Source: Octopus vulgaris (lineage: Eukaryota). Taken from it: 64,000 bases of DNA. Shown here one piece after another: positions 41,861 through 60,370 of this stretch. Where the stretch lies: assembly GCA_951406725.2 (NCBI GenBank), contig OX597815.1, forward strand, positions 58,156,001 through 58,220,000, in the 5' to 3' direction. Below the pieces are notes generated by a model. That model did no database searches, was not told the origin of the DNA, and worked only from the letters and a program-made list of their open reading frames with translations. Both the position numbers and the translations under genes were made by a program. Each line of letters opens with the position of its first letter. Position 1 is the stretch's first letter.

Positions 41861-44498
41861 TGATTGATTTGATTTTGATTTGATTTTTCCAGTTTCAGCT
41901 TATGAGCTGTGGCCATGCTGGGGCACCGCCATTTGGTGTTGCTACTTGGTTTCACTTCATGAAGGCTTTCTAGCAACTGCTATTTGGTGCATGAGAGAGT
42001 TCGATGCAGCTGCCCTCATCTGCCCCTCCTGCCGTGAAGTTGGTTCACCTGGGACACCTGACAGGAAGAGATCCAGCTTCATTTTAAAGACATCTGTATC
42101 CACCCCATGCAGGTCTCTCAGGTTCTTCGGGAGGATATTGAAGAGCTGTGGGCCTCGGAAGCCCAGGCTATCACAGAATCTTGTCCTACATCTTGATGGC
42201 AAGTTTGGAGTCCTAGGCACCACAAAGTGGCGCCCAGTTCTGGCATTTGCGTAACTCTCGATGCCAAAGTTCAGGACACTTCCCTCCAGGATCTTCCAGG
42301 TGTATATTATGGCATATCTTTCCCGCCTATGCTCCAGGGAATATAATTTTAATTTCCTGAGTCTTTCCCAGTAGCTTACATTCTGCATAGAGGCTATCTT
42401 CTTCGTGTAGCTACGTTGGATCGCCTCGAGCTCTGTGATCAACTTGACACTGGATGGTGACCATAACTGAGAGCAGTAGTCAAAGTGGCTTAGGACAAGT
42501 CTCCTCCAGAGGACCATCATGGTTTCTTGTTCTCTTGTTCTAAAGGTTCTGAGGATCCATCCGGCCAGTCGTCTACATTTCATTGCCAATTTAGCAACAT
42601 GTACACGAAAGGTCGCGTCATCACTCATGAAAATACCTAGGTCACGCACTGATTGTGCCTCTGGGATTGCTATTCCTCCGGGTCCAGTGTATTCATTGGG
42701 TATTGCATTTAGTTTTTCATGCTGATAGTATAGAGCTTGAAACTTTTCAGCATTGAACTGCATGCTATACTTTTCGGCCCACTTGTATATTTTGTCTAGC
42801 TCACATTGCAGGTGTTTTGTGTCCTCAGGGTTCTGTATTGCCTGTGAAACTTTTGTATCATCTGCATAACTTGTGATCGTGGCTCTCTGCGTGGCTGAGG
42901 GCATGTCTGAGAGGGCCATTATGAACAGTAGTGGTCCCAGAACAGTGCCCTGCGGAACACCGCTCACTATTTGCGTGTTAATGGAAGTGGCCCCATTGGC
43001 CACTACCACCTGACTTCTATCTTTCAGAAAGTCATGAAGCCATTCTCCCAGTTTTCCAACTATGTTGAGATCACGCAGTTTGTGACATATCATTCCATGA
43101 TCGACTTTCTCAAAGGCCTTTGCAAAGTCGAGATATATCACTTCCACATTTGAGTGGTTGAGCAGCTGTTTCAGCACCCAGTCATAGTGTTGTAGGAGCT
43201 GAGTTATAGGAGCTATAGGTCTATAGTTCTTGGCTTCCGCTCTGCTACCTCCTTTATGAATGGGGCATATTTTACCTTCCTTCAGTTTTCCTGGAAGTTT
43301 GCCAGCTGCAAGGAAGCTCTGAAAGAGGAACTGCAGTGGTCTTGCTAAGACTCTCTTACATGCTTTTAGGAGGATTGCCGGGAATCCATTGGGGCCAGTA
43401 GCTGAGTCTGTTTTCATTTCATCTATAGCCTTGATTACATCGTCTTCCTTTATAATGATGTAATCTATCGTCGCCGCCTCTGATTTTATATCTGCAGTGG
43501 TAAAAAAGTCAGTTGGATTGGTGATTTGGAAATGCCCGACGGGTGGAGTGAAAACACTCTTGAATTGCTCATTCAGTATTTCACTTACCCTCATTGGTTT
43601 TCCTGTGAGTGTGCTATCCTTTTCAAGGAGTGGCCCTATCCTACAGTGCACCGTAGCTGTTTCTTTGGCATACCTGTAGAAAGCTCTGGGGTAAGATTTT
43701 ATGTTGTCTATAGCCCAGGCTTCTTTGTCTGCTCTTTCCTTTTCATGGGAGAGTTGCACACATTTTTCAATTTCCAACAGTTTTATTTTCAGGCGGGACT
43801 TTTCACTGCTTTCAATCTGTTTGTTTAGGCGATTTGAAATTTTTGTGCACCGTTTCATTAAGATTTTCCTCTCTCTGGGGATTTTGTTCTTGTGTACAGT
43901 GGCCTTTCTCTCTGGGACACATTTGTAGCATATGGCTTGCGTTACAGACATGAATTGTTGAAGTTTCACGACGATGTCTGGCGAGGAGAGACATTTAGGC
44001 CAGTTTTGTTTGAGGATCTCTTTCTCAATTTGTTTCCAGTTTGCCTTATGGTAGTTCAAGCTGGAAAGATTCTGAGGGTTTCTTGTAGGCTGCTTGTCCA
44101 TGCTCTCTTTTGGCCCGTACATGGTCAGCTCTACCATGTTGTGATCCGAGAGTAGTGTCGGTGTCACTTTCACATTATGGATGAGATCCATATTATTTGT
44201 GAAGAAGAGATCCAGTGTGTTACCTGCCCTGGTTGGTTGGAGTATTACTTGCTCCATGTACAGGGTGTTGATGAGGTTCAGGAGGGACCTCGCCTGTCCT
44301 CGTTCACATCTTGTCATTCCTAAGAGAGAAAGGCCCTCGGGCCATCTGACATTGGGTAGATTGAAGTCTCCCATAAGAAGTACACTTATGTGTTGTTCTA
44401 ATGTGATTAGAACTTCTTCTATTTTTATAAGGCAGTCTTCAAACTTGCCCACATGGCTTGGGGCATTTGGAGGGCGATATGTAGCACACACAACACAT
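41861..44498 (-). mobile_element. Family-A LINE, 5'-truncated; 844-aa open APE-RT frame with in-frame internal deletion near 43207
   Basis: ORF 41957-44491; NYRPIA jumps to TQLLQH, lacking the segment present in the other copies. Confidence 0.93.
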
Positions 44499-44499
44499 C

Positions 44500-44555
<56 letters not shown>

Positions 44556-44556
<1 letters not shown>

Positions 44557-44862
44557 AAATTAATTAAGGGTAGAAATTGATATTTATCAATTAAGACCAG
44601 TGGTCCAGCATATTAAAAAAGAATCCGAAGATTAAAATATTTATATATACCAATTAAGGACTGAACACGAAAAGTGGACAGTCAACATGCTAGATATAGA
44701 CGTCAAATCGCCATTCACCACAAAAGATTATGTTCTCAGATCAAACTCAACACAGTGTTGAGTTTGATCTGAGAACATAATCTTTTGTGGTGAATGGCGA
44801 TTTGACGTCTATATCTAGCATGTTGACTGTCCACTTTTCGTGTTCAGTCCTTAATTGGTATA

Positions 44863-44866
<4 letters not shown>
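44556..44866. mobile_element. Asymmetric palindromic element (~112-bp perfect arms, 1-nt spacer at 44754, ~85-bp tail) in (TA)n
   Basis: 44642-44753 is the reverse complement of 44755-44866; tail starts AAGGGTAGAAATTGATATTTATCAATTAAGACCAGTGGTCCAGCA. Confidence 0.8.
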
Positions 44867-44912
<46 letters not shown>

Positions 44913-44913
44913 G

Positions 44914-44959
<46 letters not shown>

Positions 44960-44984
44960 GTATATGTATATATATATGTATATA

Positions 44985-45227
<243 letters not shown>

Positions 45228-45230
45228 ATA

Positions 45231-45273
<43 letters not shown>

Positions 45274-45280
45274 GTATATA

Positions 45281-45420
45281 TAATTAATTAATAAGGGTGA
45301 GAGAATTAGATACTAATTTAATAGTATATTTATTCAACACCAAGTGGCCTAGTGCTCCGAGAAACCTGGATTATTATAATATTTTATAACATATTATAAT
45401 ATTTCACTCTCTTATATTTA
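45281..45420 (-). mobile_element. Short terminal fragment with the shared 3' hairpin motif, in (TA)n (similar fragment at 37549-37755)
   Basis: AGGGTGAGAGAATT...CACCAAGTGGCCTAGTG resembles 60767-60817 AGGGTGGC...CACCAACGGCCTAGTG. Confidence 0.55.
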
Positions 45421-45452
45421 TATGTATATATATATATGTATATGTATATATG

Positions 45453-45515
<63 letters not shown>

Positions 45516-45520
45516 GTATA

Positions 45521-49482
<3,962 letters not shown>

Positions 49483-50860
49483 CACCCAACATGGTTTCCG
49501 ACCAGGGAGAAGCTGTTTAACTCAGCTCCTACAACACTATGACTGGGTGCTGAAACGGCTGCTCAACCACTCAAATGTGGAAGTGATATATCTCGACTTT
49601 GCAAAGGCCTTTGATAAAGTCGATCATGGAATGATATGTCACAAACTGCGTGATCTCAACACAGTTGGAAAACTGGGAGAATGGCTTCATGACTTTCTGA
49701 AGGATAGAAGTCAGGTGGTAGTAGCCAATGGGGCCACCTCCATTAACACACAAATAGTGAGCGGTGTTCCGCAGGGCACTGTTCTGGGACCACTACTGTT
49801 CATAATGGCCCTCTCAGACATGCCCTCAGCCACGCAGAGAGCCACGATCACAAGTTATGCAGATGATACAAAAGTTTCACAGGCAATACAGAACCCTGAG
49901 GACACTAAACACCTGCAATGTGAGCTGGACGAAATATACAAGTGGGCTGAAAAGAATAGCATGCAGTTCAATGCTGGAAAGTTTCAAGCTTTATACTATC
50001 AGCATGCAAAACTGAATGCAATACCCAATGAATACACTGGACCCGGAGGGATTGCAATCCCAGAGGCACAATCAGTGCTTGACCTGGGTATTCACATGAG
50101 TGATGACGCGACCTTTCATGTACATGTTGCTAAACTGACAATGAAATGTAGACGGCTGGCTGGATGGATTCTTAGAACCTTTAGAACAAGAGAACAAGAA
50201 ACCATGATGGTCCTCTGGAAGACACTTGTCCTAAGCTACTTTGACTATTGCTCTCAGCTATGGTCACCATCCAGTGTCAAGTTGATCACAGAACTTGAGG
50301 CGATCCAACGAAGCTACACGAAGAAGATAGCCTCTATGCAGAATGTAAGCTACTGGGAAAGACTGAAGAGATTAAAATTATATTCCCTGGAGCGTAGGCG
50401 GGAAAGATATGCTGTAATATACATCTGGAAGATCCTGGAGGGAAGTGTCCTGAACTTTGGCATCGAGAGTTACGCAAATGCCAGAACTAGGCGCCACTGC
50501 GTGGTGCCAAGGACGCGAAACCTGCCATCAAGATGTAGGACAAGATTCTGTGATAGCCTGGGCTTCCGAGGCCCACAGCTCTTCAATATCCTCCCGAAGA
50601 ACCTGAGAGACCTGCATGGGGTGGATACAGATGTCTTTAAAATGAAGCTGGATCTCTTCCTGTCAGGTGTCCCAGATGAACCAACTTCACGGCAGGAGGG
50701 GCAGATGAGGGCAGCTGCATCGAACTCTCTCATGCACCAAATAGCAGTTGCTAGAAAGCCTCCATGAAGTGAAACCAAGTAGCAACACCAAATGGTGGTG
50801 CCCCAGCATGGCCACAGCTCATAAGCTGAAACTAGAATCAATCAATCAATCAATCAATCA
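49483..50860 (+). mobile_element. Family-A LINE, 5'-truncated at TQHGFRPG, intact frame to stop at 50767, (AATC)n tail
   Basis: Real part of ORF 48500-50767; 3' UTR GGTGCCCCAGCATGGCCACAGCTCATAAGCTGAAAC. Confidence 0.93.
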
Positions 50861-50863
50861 TAT

Positions 50864-51024
<161 letters not shown>

Positions 51025-51449
51025 GGTTTTAAAATGAGACAGGGGTTGAAAATTCAACCCACCATGGGATAATATATATCCAATATACTGCCAGATAGGT
51101 ACCCAACAAGATTAATACATAGATGTTAAAAATTGTCAAACAATCAGTTCATCTAATGTATTATATGGGTAAAGGTAATAATATTACCATAAATTAATAC
51201 TACAAAATTAGAGAATGGAGAAACATACTTAAATCAATAAAACATCAACTCTCCGATGATACCCAATCAATACTTTAATACACCATTACATATGAGTAGA
51301 GGCATTATACAAAAAGAGATATACATTAATAGTAAAAAGATAAAGAGATATAAGTAAAAAATTTTAAATATAATATGCAATTAATCAAAACTGACAGCTG
51401 TTTCGGCAGTGAGGGCAGTCATAACTCATTTAACCTATTTGACTACTAC

Positions 51450-53733
51450 CTAGAAGAAAAAACGGAACCCTACACCCCATCTAGACCGAGAATTACACTA
51501 AAGGATCATAAAGAGAATTTTCTTGGAAACACACAGGTCAGATTAATTTGCCCCACTAAATCTGACTTAGGCAGACTAAGCAAACTCATTCTAGACAAAT
51601 ATCTACCCACCATCCGCAATAAAATCAAACTAAACCTTTGGAAGAATACTCAGGGTGCTTTGGATTGGTTTTCTGCCATTAAGGTCTGTGACAGTAACAA
51701 CTTTAGCTATAATAGAAATAAATTTATCCAATTGGATATACAGAATTATTACACTTCCATTAACCCTATTATATTAAATAAGTCCTTAATTTTTGCTAGA
51801 AAACACACTAAATTAAGTATGGGGGAGATTAAGGTTATACTAACAGCCAGGAAAACTTTAATAGAGTTTGATAATAAACTTTGGGCTAGAAAGGACACAC
51901 CCAACTTGTTCGATATCACAATGGGATCGCCGGACTCGGCGGAGGTGACTGATCTAGTTGGGATGTATCTACTAGATAACTTTAGTAGGGAATTCCCTGA
52001 ACTAAAAGGTGGATTATACAGGGATGACGCCTTATTTTGTGTTAAGAATACATCAAATAGGAGATTAGATCTTCTGAAAAAAAGAATAAATAAATTTTTT
52101 AAAAGTTTCGGCCTATCCATTATCATTGAAAGTGAAAATTATTCTGCTAATTATTTAGATGTTAATTGTAACATTACTAATGGTTTACATGAACCCTATA
52201 TTAAACCTAATTCTAACCTAATATATATTAACCGTTCAAGTAATCACCCCCTCAAATTAAAAATGCACTAGTGCGTAGCATTAGTCAGAGAATTTCTAGT
52301 TTATCCTCTAACGAGGAAATTTTTAACAAGCATTGTGATAGATACAATGCAGCATTGCTTAAGGCAGGATACAAAAGTAAGATATGGTTTATACCTAAGG
52401 GGAACCCTCCTAATGGAGGTAGAACTATCAGGAACAACACCAATAGATTTAGGATAACAACAATATACATAAGAATAGTAAAAATAGAATATATGATAAC
52501 ACCTATAATAAATGTAGAAGTGATGTTAACCTCGGAAAGGTGAACGGTAGCTCAAATAGATCTGAGCATACGGGTAATAGTAGTAATATTAATAATAATA
52601 TACAAGTTAAAACTTATGGTAGACATGGTAATGGTAAAGTATACTTGCGCAATAACCATGGGAATATTGATATAGATAGATATAACAATGACAGTGGTAA
52701 GAATAGTAATCCTATGGGTTGGTCTAGGAATAGGATTTTTACAAATAACAATAATTCTATAGGCAATCCTAATTCTGATAAGGATACATTATGGTTGATT
52801 ATCCCATATGCAATGCAGATTAAAACAAACATAGTGAGAGCTTTGCATAATGTTATATTTAGGCATTTTGGTAAGGATAAGAATAAATTTAGTCCTTTAA
52901 TTAACAACGGTACTGTTAGAGTGGGATATAGCATTACTCATAATCTAGCCACCATTATCTCCTCTTTTAATAACAGGAAACTGGATCACTTCTATAAGGA
53001 TAGAAAATTGAATTTAGACCAGGGAAATTTGCCCCTCTTTAATAATAATAGGAACAGAAACTTTCTTGGAACGAATGTGAACAACCCCCTTACTAATAAT
53101 GGGTGCACCGTACCTGTCAGAGATAATATAAATGTAATAGATCATACTACTACTACCATTACTAGTACTAGTGATAGGAATATAGCCGATAATGTGAAAT
53201 TAACTCATTCGTTGATTTTGGGTTTGGATGATGATAACAATTGTAACACTTATAATGTGAATGGTAGTATAGGGGTGGAGACCAATCTTAGATTTCCTCA
53301 TTCTGTTAATCTTTGTAATTGCAGAAACAAAAATAAATGTGTATTTGGTAATCAATGCCTCAGGAAGGAGGTAGTTTACCAATGCACTGTAGATACACAA
53401 TTGAGTAGTAGGGTGTATATCGGGGCAACTATGAATAGCATAAAACAAAGATTGAATTATCACAGATATACTTTTAGAAATAAAAATAGAATGTACTCTA
53501 CAGGGCTTAGTGCATATATTTGGGAACTTAAAAGTAAGAACTTGGATTTTAGATTAAACTGGAAAATACTAACTTCAGCACCTGTGTATAATGGAAAAAA
53601 TAAAAAATGCTCTCTATGTATTAATGAAATTTTTTTCATTATTAAAGCGGGTCGGCAAATTATTAACAACATTAATGAAAAAAACTTCTTTTGCATTCAT
53701 AGGCTACCGTTCACCTTTTCTAGATTCAAATAG
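51450..53733 (+). pseudogene. PLE RT plus GIY-YIG endonuclease, frameshifted near 52270 and ~52450-52540
   Basis: ITLKDHKENF, VRLICP, LDIQNYYTSI, TMGSPDSAEVTDLVG, GLYRDD, YLDV, YINRSSNHP; CNCRNKNKC...EVVYQC...VYIGAT...RLNYH...CSLCINE...CIH. Confidence 0.88.
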
Positions 53734-55424
53734 AACTTAGCACTTCCACTATTATTAATTTTTTAACTCCCTTCTTTAACTAACTATACCTGTGGTCTTC
53801 TATAACTCTAAAGTATACAACTTATAAATTTATAATTTTATAATTTTTATAGCTACATTTGTATAATAATAATAGATGTGTCTAGTATTATTTGTTTCTT
53901 GTTTTTGTATGTGGGTTTTTGTTTGTTTTTTAAGGGAAATGCAATATGACAGGAAATAACATATTCATTTTGGTATTTGCCTTGTAATATGTGATTTTTG
54001 AAGTTTTCTAATATTGCATAGTATATTGCATAGTATATATGTATATCTTGGTTAGATACCTAGCTCTAGATAATGTAATGTTATTGTATAATATGTAATA
54101 TAGGAGAGCCTTTTATGAGTTTGGTGTGTTTAGGTTGAGAATATAGGTTTTTTTGTATGTGTTTATTTGGAAGGTTTTTATTGTATATTTGGTCTTTGTA
54201 CTCACCTTAATTTGTATCTTATGCTATTTACTAATAAACCTTTTTCATTTTTTTCATTTTTTTCATTTTTTCATTTACATACATTTGGCTTTATAAATAT
54301 TACCAGCCTTATATATTTAGTTTATATCTATAGTCCTCTGGATCTGTACTTTAAATTATCCTTCCATACATATTTACCTTCAACAATATAACATATATAT
54401 TCACTTTATTTATTTTTTATTTTATTGTAATGTTATCAATCTCTGCATTTAGTCTTCTAATTATTTATTTATTTGCCTATCTAAGTGTGGATGTTTACAT
54501 ACATATCAAGTCATCTAATTTGTTATCTATTTATTTTTTACTTATTTACTTATACTAGGGTAGTTTTATACATACATATCTATCATTTATTTTTATTTAA
54601 ATTTTAATAATATATGTATACATATATACTGGTTTGTACTTATAATATGTGTATAACCGTATTTATTCCTTCGTGTTTATTCCTTCTTATTTATTTTATC
54701 GCATTTTATCTTAAGTATTTATAATATAAATTTTTAAAAATTTCTGTGATGTTCTCATAAGCGTTTACATTAGTACTTCCCCTTCTATTTTTTAATACCT
54801 AAACTGGTATATTATGGCATTAAATTTATTAAGTAAATATGTGATTTATTTATAATATATAAATTAATATATATTTTATATTTTTTATTTTATATTCTAG
54901 CGTACTTGGAATCATAACAAACTTACGATAAATCTAACAACCGTATGTTTACTATGCAACAAACCGGTGTTATAAATTTTAAGTTACCCATGAAATAATT
55001 ATCTGACTTAGTAACATACTGATATTTAAAAATATATTTATATCTAAATTAAATATTTTATGAAAGGCATGGATGGTTCTTTTTCGGTATTTGAGGCACA
55101 GTTATAATTTTGTAGGACTAAATGGTAGCATAGTTGCTTCCCTTTTTGTTTATCTATGTGCTAGTTGTTACTTGTGATTATGTATGCGTATAAGTGTATG
55201 TATATACATATAACTATGTGTGTATGTGCGATTGATCTGTAGATGCGTGTGTGAATATTGGCGTTCCTTGACTAACCAACCGTATAATTTTCTTTTGTGA
55301 TTTAAATTTCAAACCAATAGCCAATCGAATTAATCTAAATTTTCTTTACCTAGTGGTCAGCATTTCTAAACTCATAGTTATTTCGTTCTTGAAAGGATGG
55401 ACTTTGTGCAAACTTAACTGTATC

Positions 55425-55476
<52 letters not shown>

Positions 55477-55821
55477 ATTAATAGTAATTTTTATTAACTT
55501 TTATAGCTTTAGAATTTTATGAACTGAACCATGGTTTTAATTATTATTTTTCATCTCCCTATGTGTTAGGTTTTTTTTTTTTTTTTTAAAAAAAAAATAT
55601 TAGCCAAATATGTATAATATCGGTACTTATTAATATTAATATATACACTGATATATATTTTGTTTTATTTTGTTCTGTTTACCTTCCTTTATTGTACCAA
55701 TGTGTATTATATTATATAAGTGTAGCATTATGATGTATAACTTTTTATATTTTACATTTTTATATTTTTATATTTATATGTATATGATTATATAATATTT
55801 TTCACAATTATAACAAATTTA

Positions 55822-55945
55822 ATTTAATTCTCTGAAGAGGCCGTGGGGCATCCTTGTTAATGCCTCATTTATACCTGCCTTTATGGCTTATAGGTTAAAT
55901 GAGGTATGACTGCCCTCACTGCCGAAACAGCTGTCAGTTTTAATT
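55822..55945 (+). ncRNA. Type I hammerhead ribozyme motif with ~85-nt stem II and palindromic stem III
   Basis: CTGAAGA (55832) GGC.GTG.GGGCA...TGCCCTCACTGCC GAAA CAGCTG TC (GUC, 55935); inner hairpin ATGCCTCATTTA/TAAATGAGGTAT; stem I imperfect. Confidence 0.72.
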
Positions 55946-56152
55946 AATTGCATATTATATTTGAAATTTTTTACTTATATCTCTTTATCTTTTTACTATT
56001 AATGTATATCTCTTTTTGTATAATGCCTCTACTCATATGTAATGGTGTATTAAAGTATTGATTGGGTATCATCGGATAGTTGATGTTTTATTGATTTAAG
56101 TATGTTTCTCCATTCTCTAATTTTGTTGTATATATATATATATATGTATATA

Positions 56153-56197
<45 letters not shown>

Positions 56198-56210
56198 ATA
56201 TATATGTATG

Positions 56211-56255
<45 letters not shown>

Positions 56256-56278
56256 GTATATATATATGTATATATGTA

Positions 56279-56373
<95 letters not shown>

Positions 56374-56432
56374 GTATATATATATATGTATATATATATA
56401 TATGTATGTATATATATATATGTATGTATATA

Positions 56433-56537
<105 letters not shown>

Positions 56538-56571
56538 GTATATATATAGATATGTATATATATATATGTAT

Positions 56572-57071
56572 ATCGAAATCGATCAATGGAAATTGCGGAT
56601 GTGCTACCAGTGCCGGTGGCATGTCAAAACTCTGCTTGTGAAGACCCGTTGAGGCAAGTGAGGATCAGAATCGAAATCGATCAATGGAAATCGATCAATG
56701 TAAATTGCAGATGTGTTACCAGTGCTGGTGGCATGTAAGAGAACTTTCCGTTTCGCGACCGTTGCCAGCACCGCCCCGTTTCGTGTCCGTTGCCAGCCTC
56801 GCCTGGCCCTCGTGCCGGTGGCACATAAAAAGCACCATCCGTTCGTGGCCGTTTTGCCAGCTCTGTCTGGCACCAGTGCGGGTGGCACGTAAAAAGCACC
56901 CACTACACTCACGGAGTGGTTGGCGTTAGGAAGGGCATCCAGCTGTAGAAACACTGCCAGATTTGACTGGGCCTGATGAAAAGCCTTCTGGCTTCACAGA
57001 CACCAGTAGAACCGTCCAACCCATGCTAGCATGGAAAACGGACGCTAAACGATGATGATGATGATGATGAT
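56572..57071 (+). mobile_element. RTE LINE 3' UTR fragment with (GAT)n tail
   Basis: GTGCCGGTGGCACATAAAAGCACC, GGTTGGCGTTAGGAAGGGCATCCAGCTGTAGAAAC, CCATGCTAGCATGG match 9566-9900 and 16661-16900. Confidence 0.88.
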
Positions 57072-57078
57072 ATATATG

Positions 57079-57109
<31 letters not shown>

Positions 57110-57110
57110 G

Positions 57111-57141
<31 letters not shown>

Positions 57142-57310
57142 GTATATATATATGTATGTATATATATATATGTATATATATATATATGTAAATATATATA
57201 TATGTATGTATATATATATATGTATATATGTATGTATATATATATATGTATATATATATATGTATATATATATATGTATATATATATATATGCATGTATA
57301 TATATATACG

Positions 57311-58062
<752 letters not shown>

Positions 58063-58065
58063 CAT

Positions 58066-58254
<189 letters not shown>

Positions 58255-58343
58255 GTATATATATGTATATATGTATATATATGTATATAAATATATATGT
58301 ATATAAATATATATGTATATATATATATATGTATATATATACA

Positions 58344-58392
<49 letters not shown>

Positions 58393-58429
58393 AGTCATGG
58401 AACGAATATATGTATATATATATATATAT

Positions 58430-59850
58430 AAGTCATGGAACGAATAGTCCGTAAGAAACTAATCATGTTCCTTGAAGAAAATGACTTACTGTCTGACACC
58501 CAGCATGGATTTCGACCAGGTAGAGGCTGCCTAACACAGCTCCTGCAACACTATGACTGGGTGTTGAAACAGCTACTAAATGGCTCAAATGTGGATGTAA
58601 TACATCTTCACTTTGCAAAAGCCTTTGATAAAGTCGATCTGTCACAAACTGCGTGGTCTCGGCATAGGCGGGAAACTTGGAGAGTGGCTGCACAACTTCC
58701 TAAAAGACAGAAAACTGGCAGTTGTGAGCAATGGAGCCACCTCCAAGGAAACGCAAATAACAAGCGGTGTCCCACAGGGCACTGTCTTGGGGCCACTGAT
58801 GTTCATAGTGGCCCTTTCAGACATGCCTTCAGTTGCTATGATGACCACCCTTGCTAGCTATGCAGATGACACAAAGTTTCCCACGCAATACAAAACCCTG
58901 AAAATATTGCGCATCTGCAACATGAGCTGGACACAATATACAGGTGGGCTGAGGACAACAACATGCAGTTTAATGCAGGTAAGTTCCAGGCCCTGCGCTA
59001 CTGGCACACAAAGGTAAATGACGTGAAGACTGGATACACTGGCCCAGGAAGAATTGCAATCCCTGAGTCAAAATCAGTGCGTGACCTGGGCATTGACATG
59101 AGCAATGATGCATCTTTCCAAATGCATATTGCTAATCTGGTGATAAAATGCAGACGGCTAGCTGGATGGATTCTCCGAACTTTCAGAACAAGAGAGAAGG
59201 AGACACTGATGGTCCTATAGAAAACATTTGTCCTCAGCCGCTTGGACTACTGCTCCCAACTTTGGTCACCACACAATATAAAACAAACAGCAGAACTCGA
59301 AGCAACTCAGAGAAGCTACACAAAGAAAATCGTCTCAATGCAAAATGTCAGCTACTGGGAAAGACTGAAGGTATTAAACCTCTTCTCCCTGGAGCGGAGA
59401 CGGGAGAGATATGCAGTGATATACATCTGGAAAATCCTGGATGGTCTTGTCCCAAACTTTGGCATTCAAAGTTACTCCAACCGCAGAATGGGGCGACGCT
59501 GCGTGGTGCCAAGGATTCCAACATCACCATCAAAATACAGGTCCAGATACTGCAACAGCTTGGGTTTCAGAGGACCACAGCTCTTTAACATCCTCCCTAA
59601 ATGCCTGAGAGACTTACATGGTGTGGATGTGGGTTTCTTTAAAACTAAACTGGATCTCTTCTTGTTGGGAGTCCCAGATGAACCTACCTCACGACAGGAG
59701 ACACGGATGCGGGCAGCAGCATCGAACTCCCTTGTTGATCAAGTGCCACGTATCAGAGGTGGATTCACAAACTAGTGTAGCTCATTCAGCGGTGGTGCCC
59801 CAGCATGGCCGCGGCCTTCCGGCTAAAACATTTTTAAGGATTTAAGGATT
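58430..59850 (+). mobile_element. Family-B CR1/L2-group LINE, 5'-truncated, disrupted RT
   Basis: ORF pieces 58435-58857, 58613-59017, 58963-59220, 59242-59775; 3' end TTTAAGGATTTAAGGATT then (TA)n. Confidence 0.92.
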
Positions 59851-59876
59851 TATATATGTATATATTTATATATATG

Positions 59877-60007
<131 letters not shown>

Positions 60008-60080
60008 GTATATATATGTATATGTATATATGTATATGTATATATATGTATATGTATATATATATGTATATATATATATG

Positions 60081-60111
<31 letters not shown>

Positions 60112-60130
60112 GTATATATATATGTGTATG

Positions 60131-60162
<32 letters not shown>

Positions 60163-60216
60163 TGTATATATATGTATAAATATATATGTATATATATATA
60201 TGTATATATGTATATG

Positions 60217-60248
<32 letters not shown>

Positions 60249-60251
60249 TCG

Positions 60252-60290
<39 letters not shown>

Positions 60291-60333
60291 GTATATATAT
60301 ATGTATATATATATATACGTATATATATGTATA

Positions 60334-60366
<33 letters not shown>

Positions 60367-60370
<4 letters not shown>

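Larger units (their letters stand above)
51025..56127 (+). mobile_element. Penelope-like element, tentatively Nematis-like, 5'-truncated, with inverted pseudo-LTR (51025-51440) and ~2.1-kb AT-rich 3' region
   Basis: 51200-51440 is the reverse complement of ~55889-56125; RT plus GIY-YIG ORF pieces; hammerhead at 55822-55945; TA-flanked. Confidence 0.88.

Noticed and set aside
44556-44866. MITE or miRNA precursor interpretation of the palindromes
   Set aside because: Arms meet centrally and are asymmetric with a one-sided tail, matching the PLE-type inverted insertions rather than terminal inverted repeats; no expression data
51375-51450. ATG start of the PLE ORF at 51375
   Set aside because: It lies in the inverted pLTR arm; fortuitous in-frame fusion to a 5'-truncated ORF
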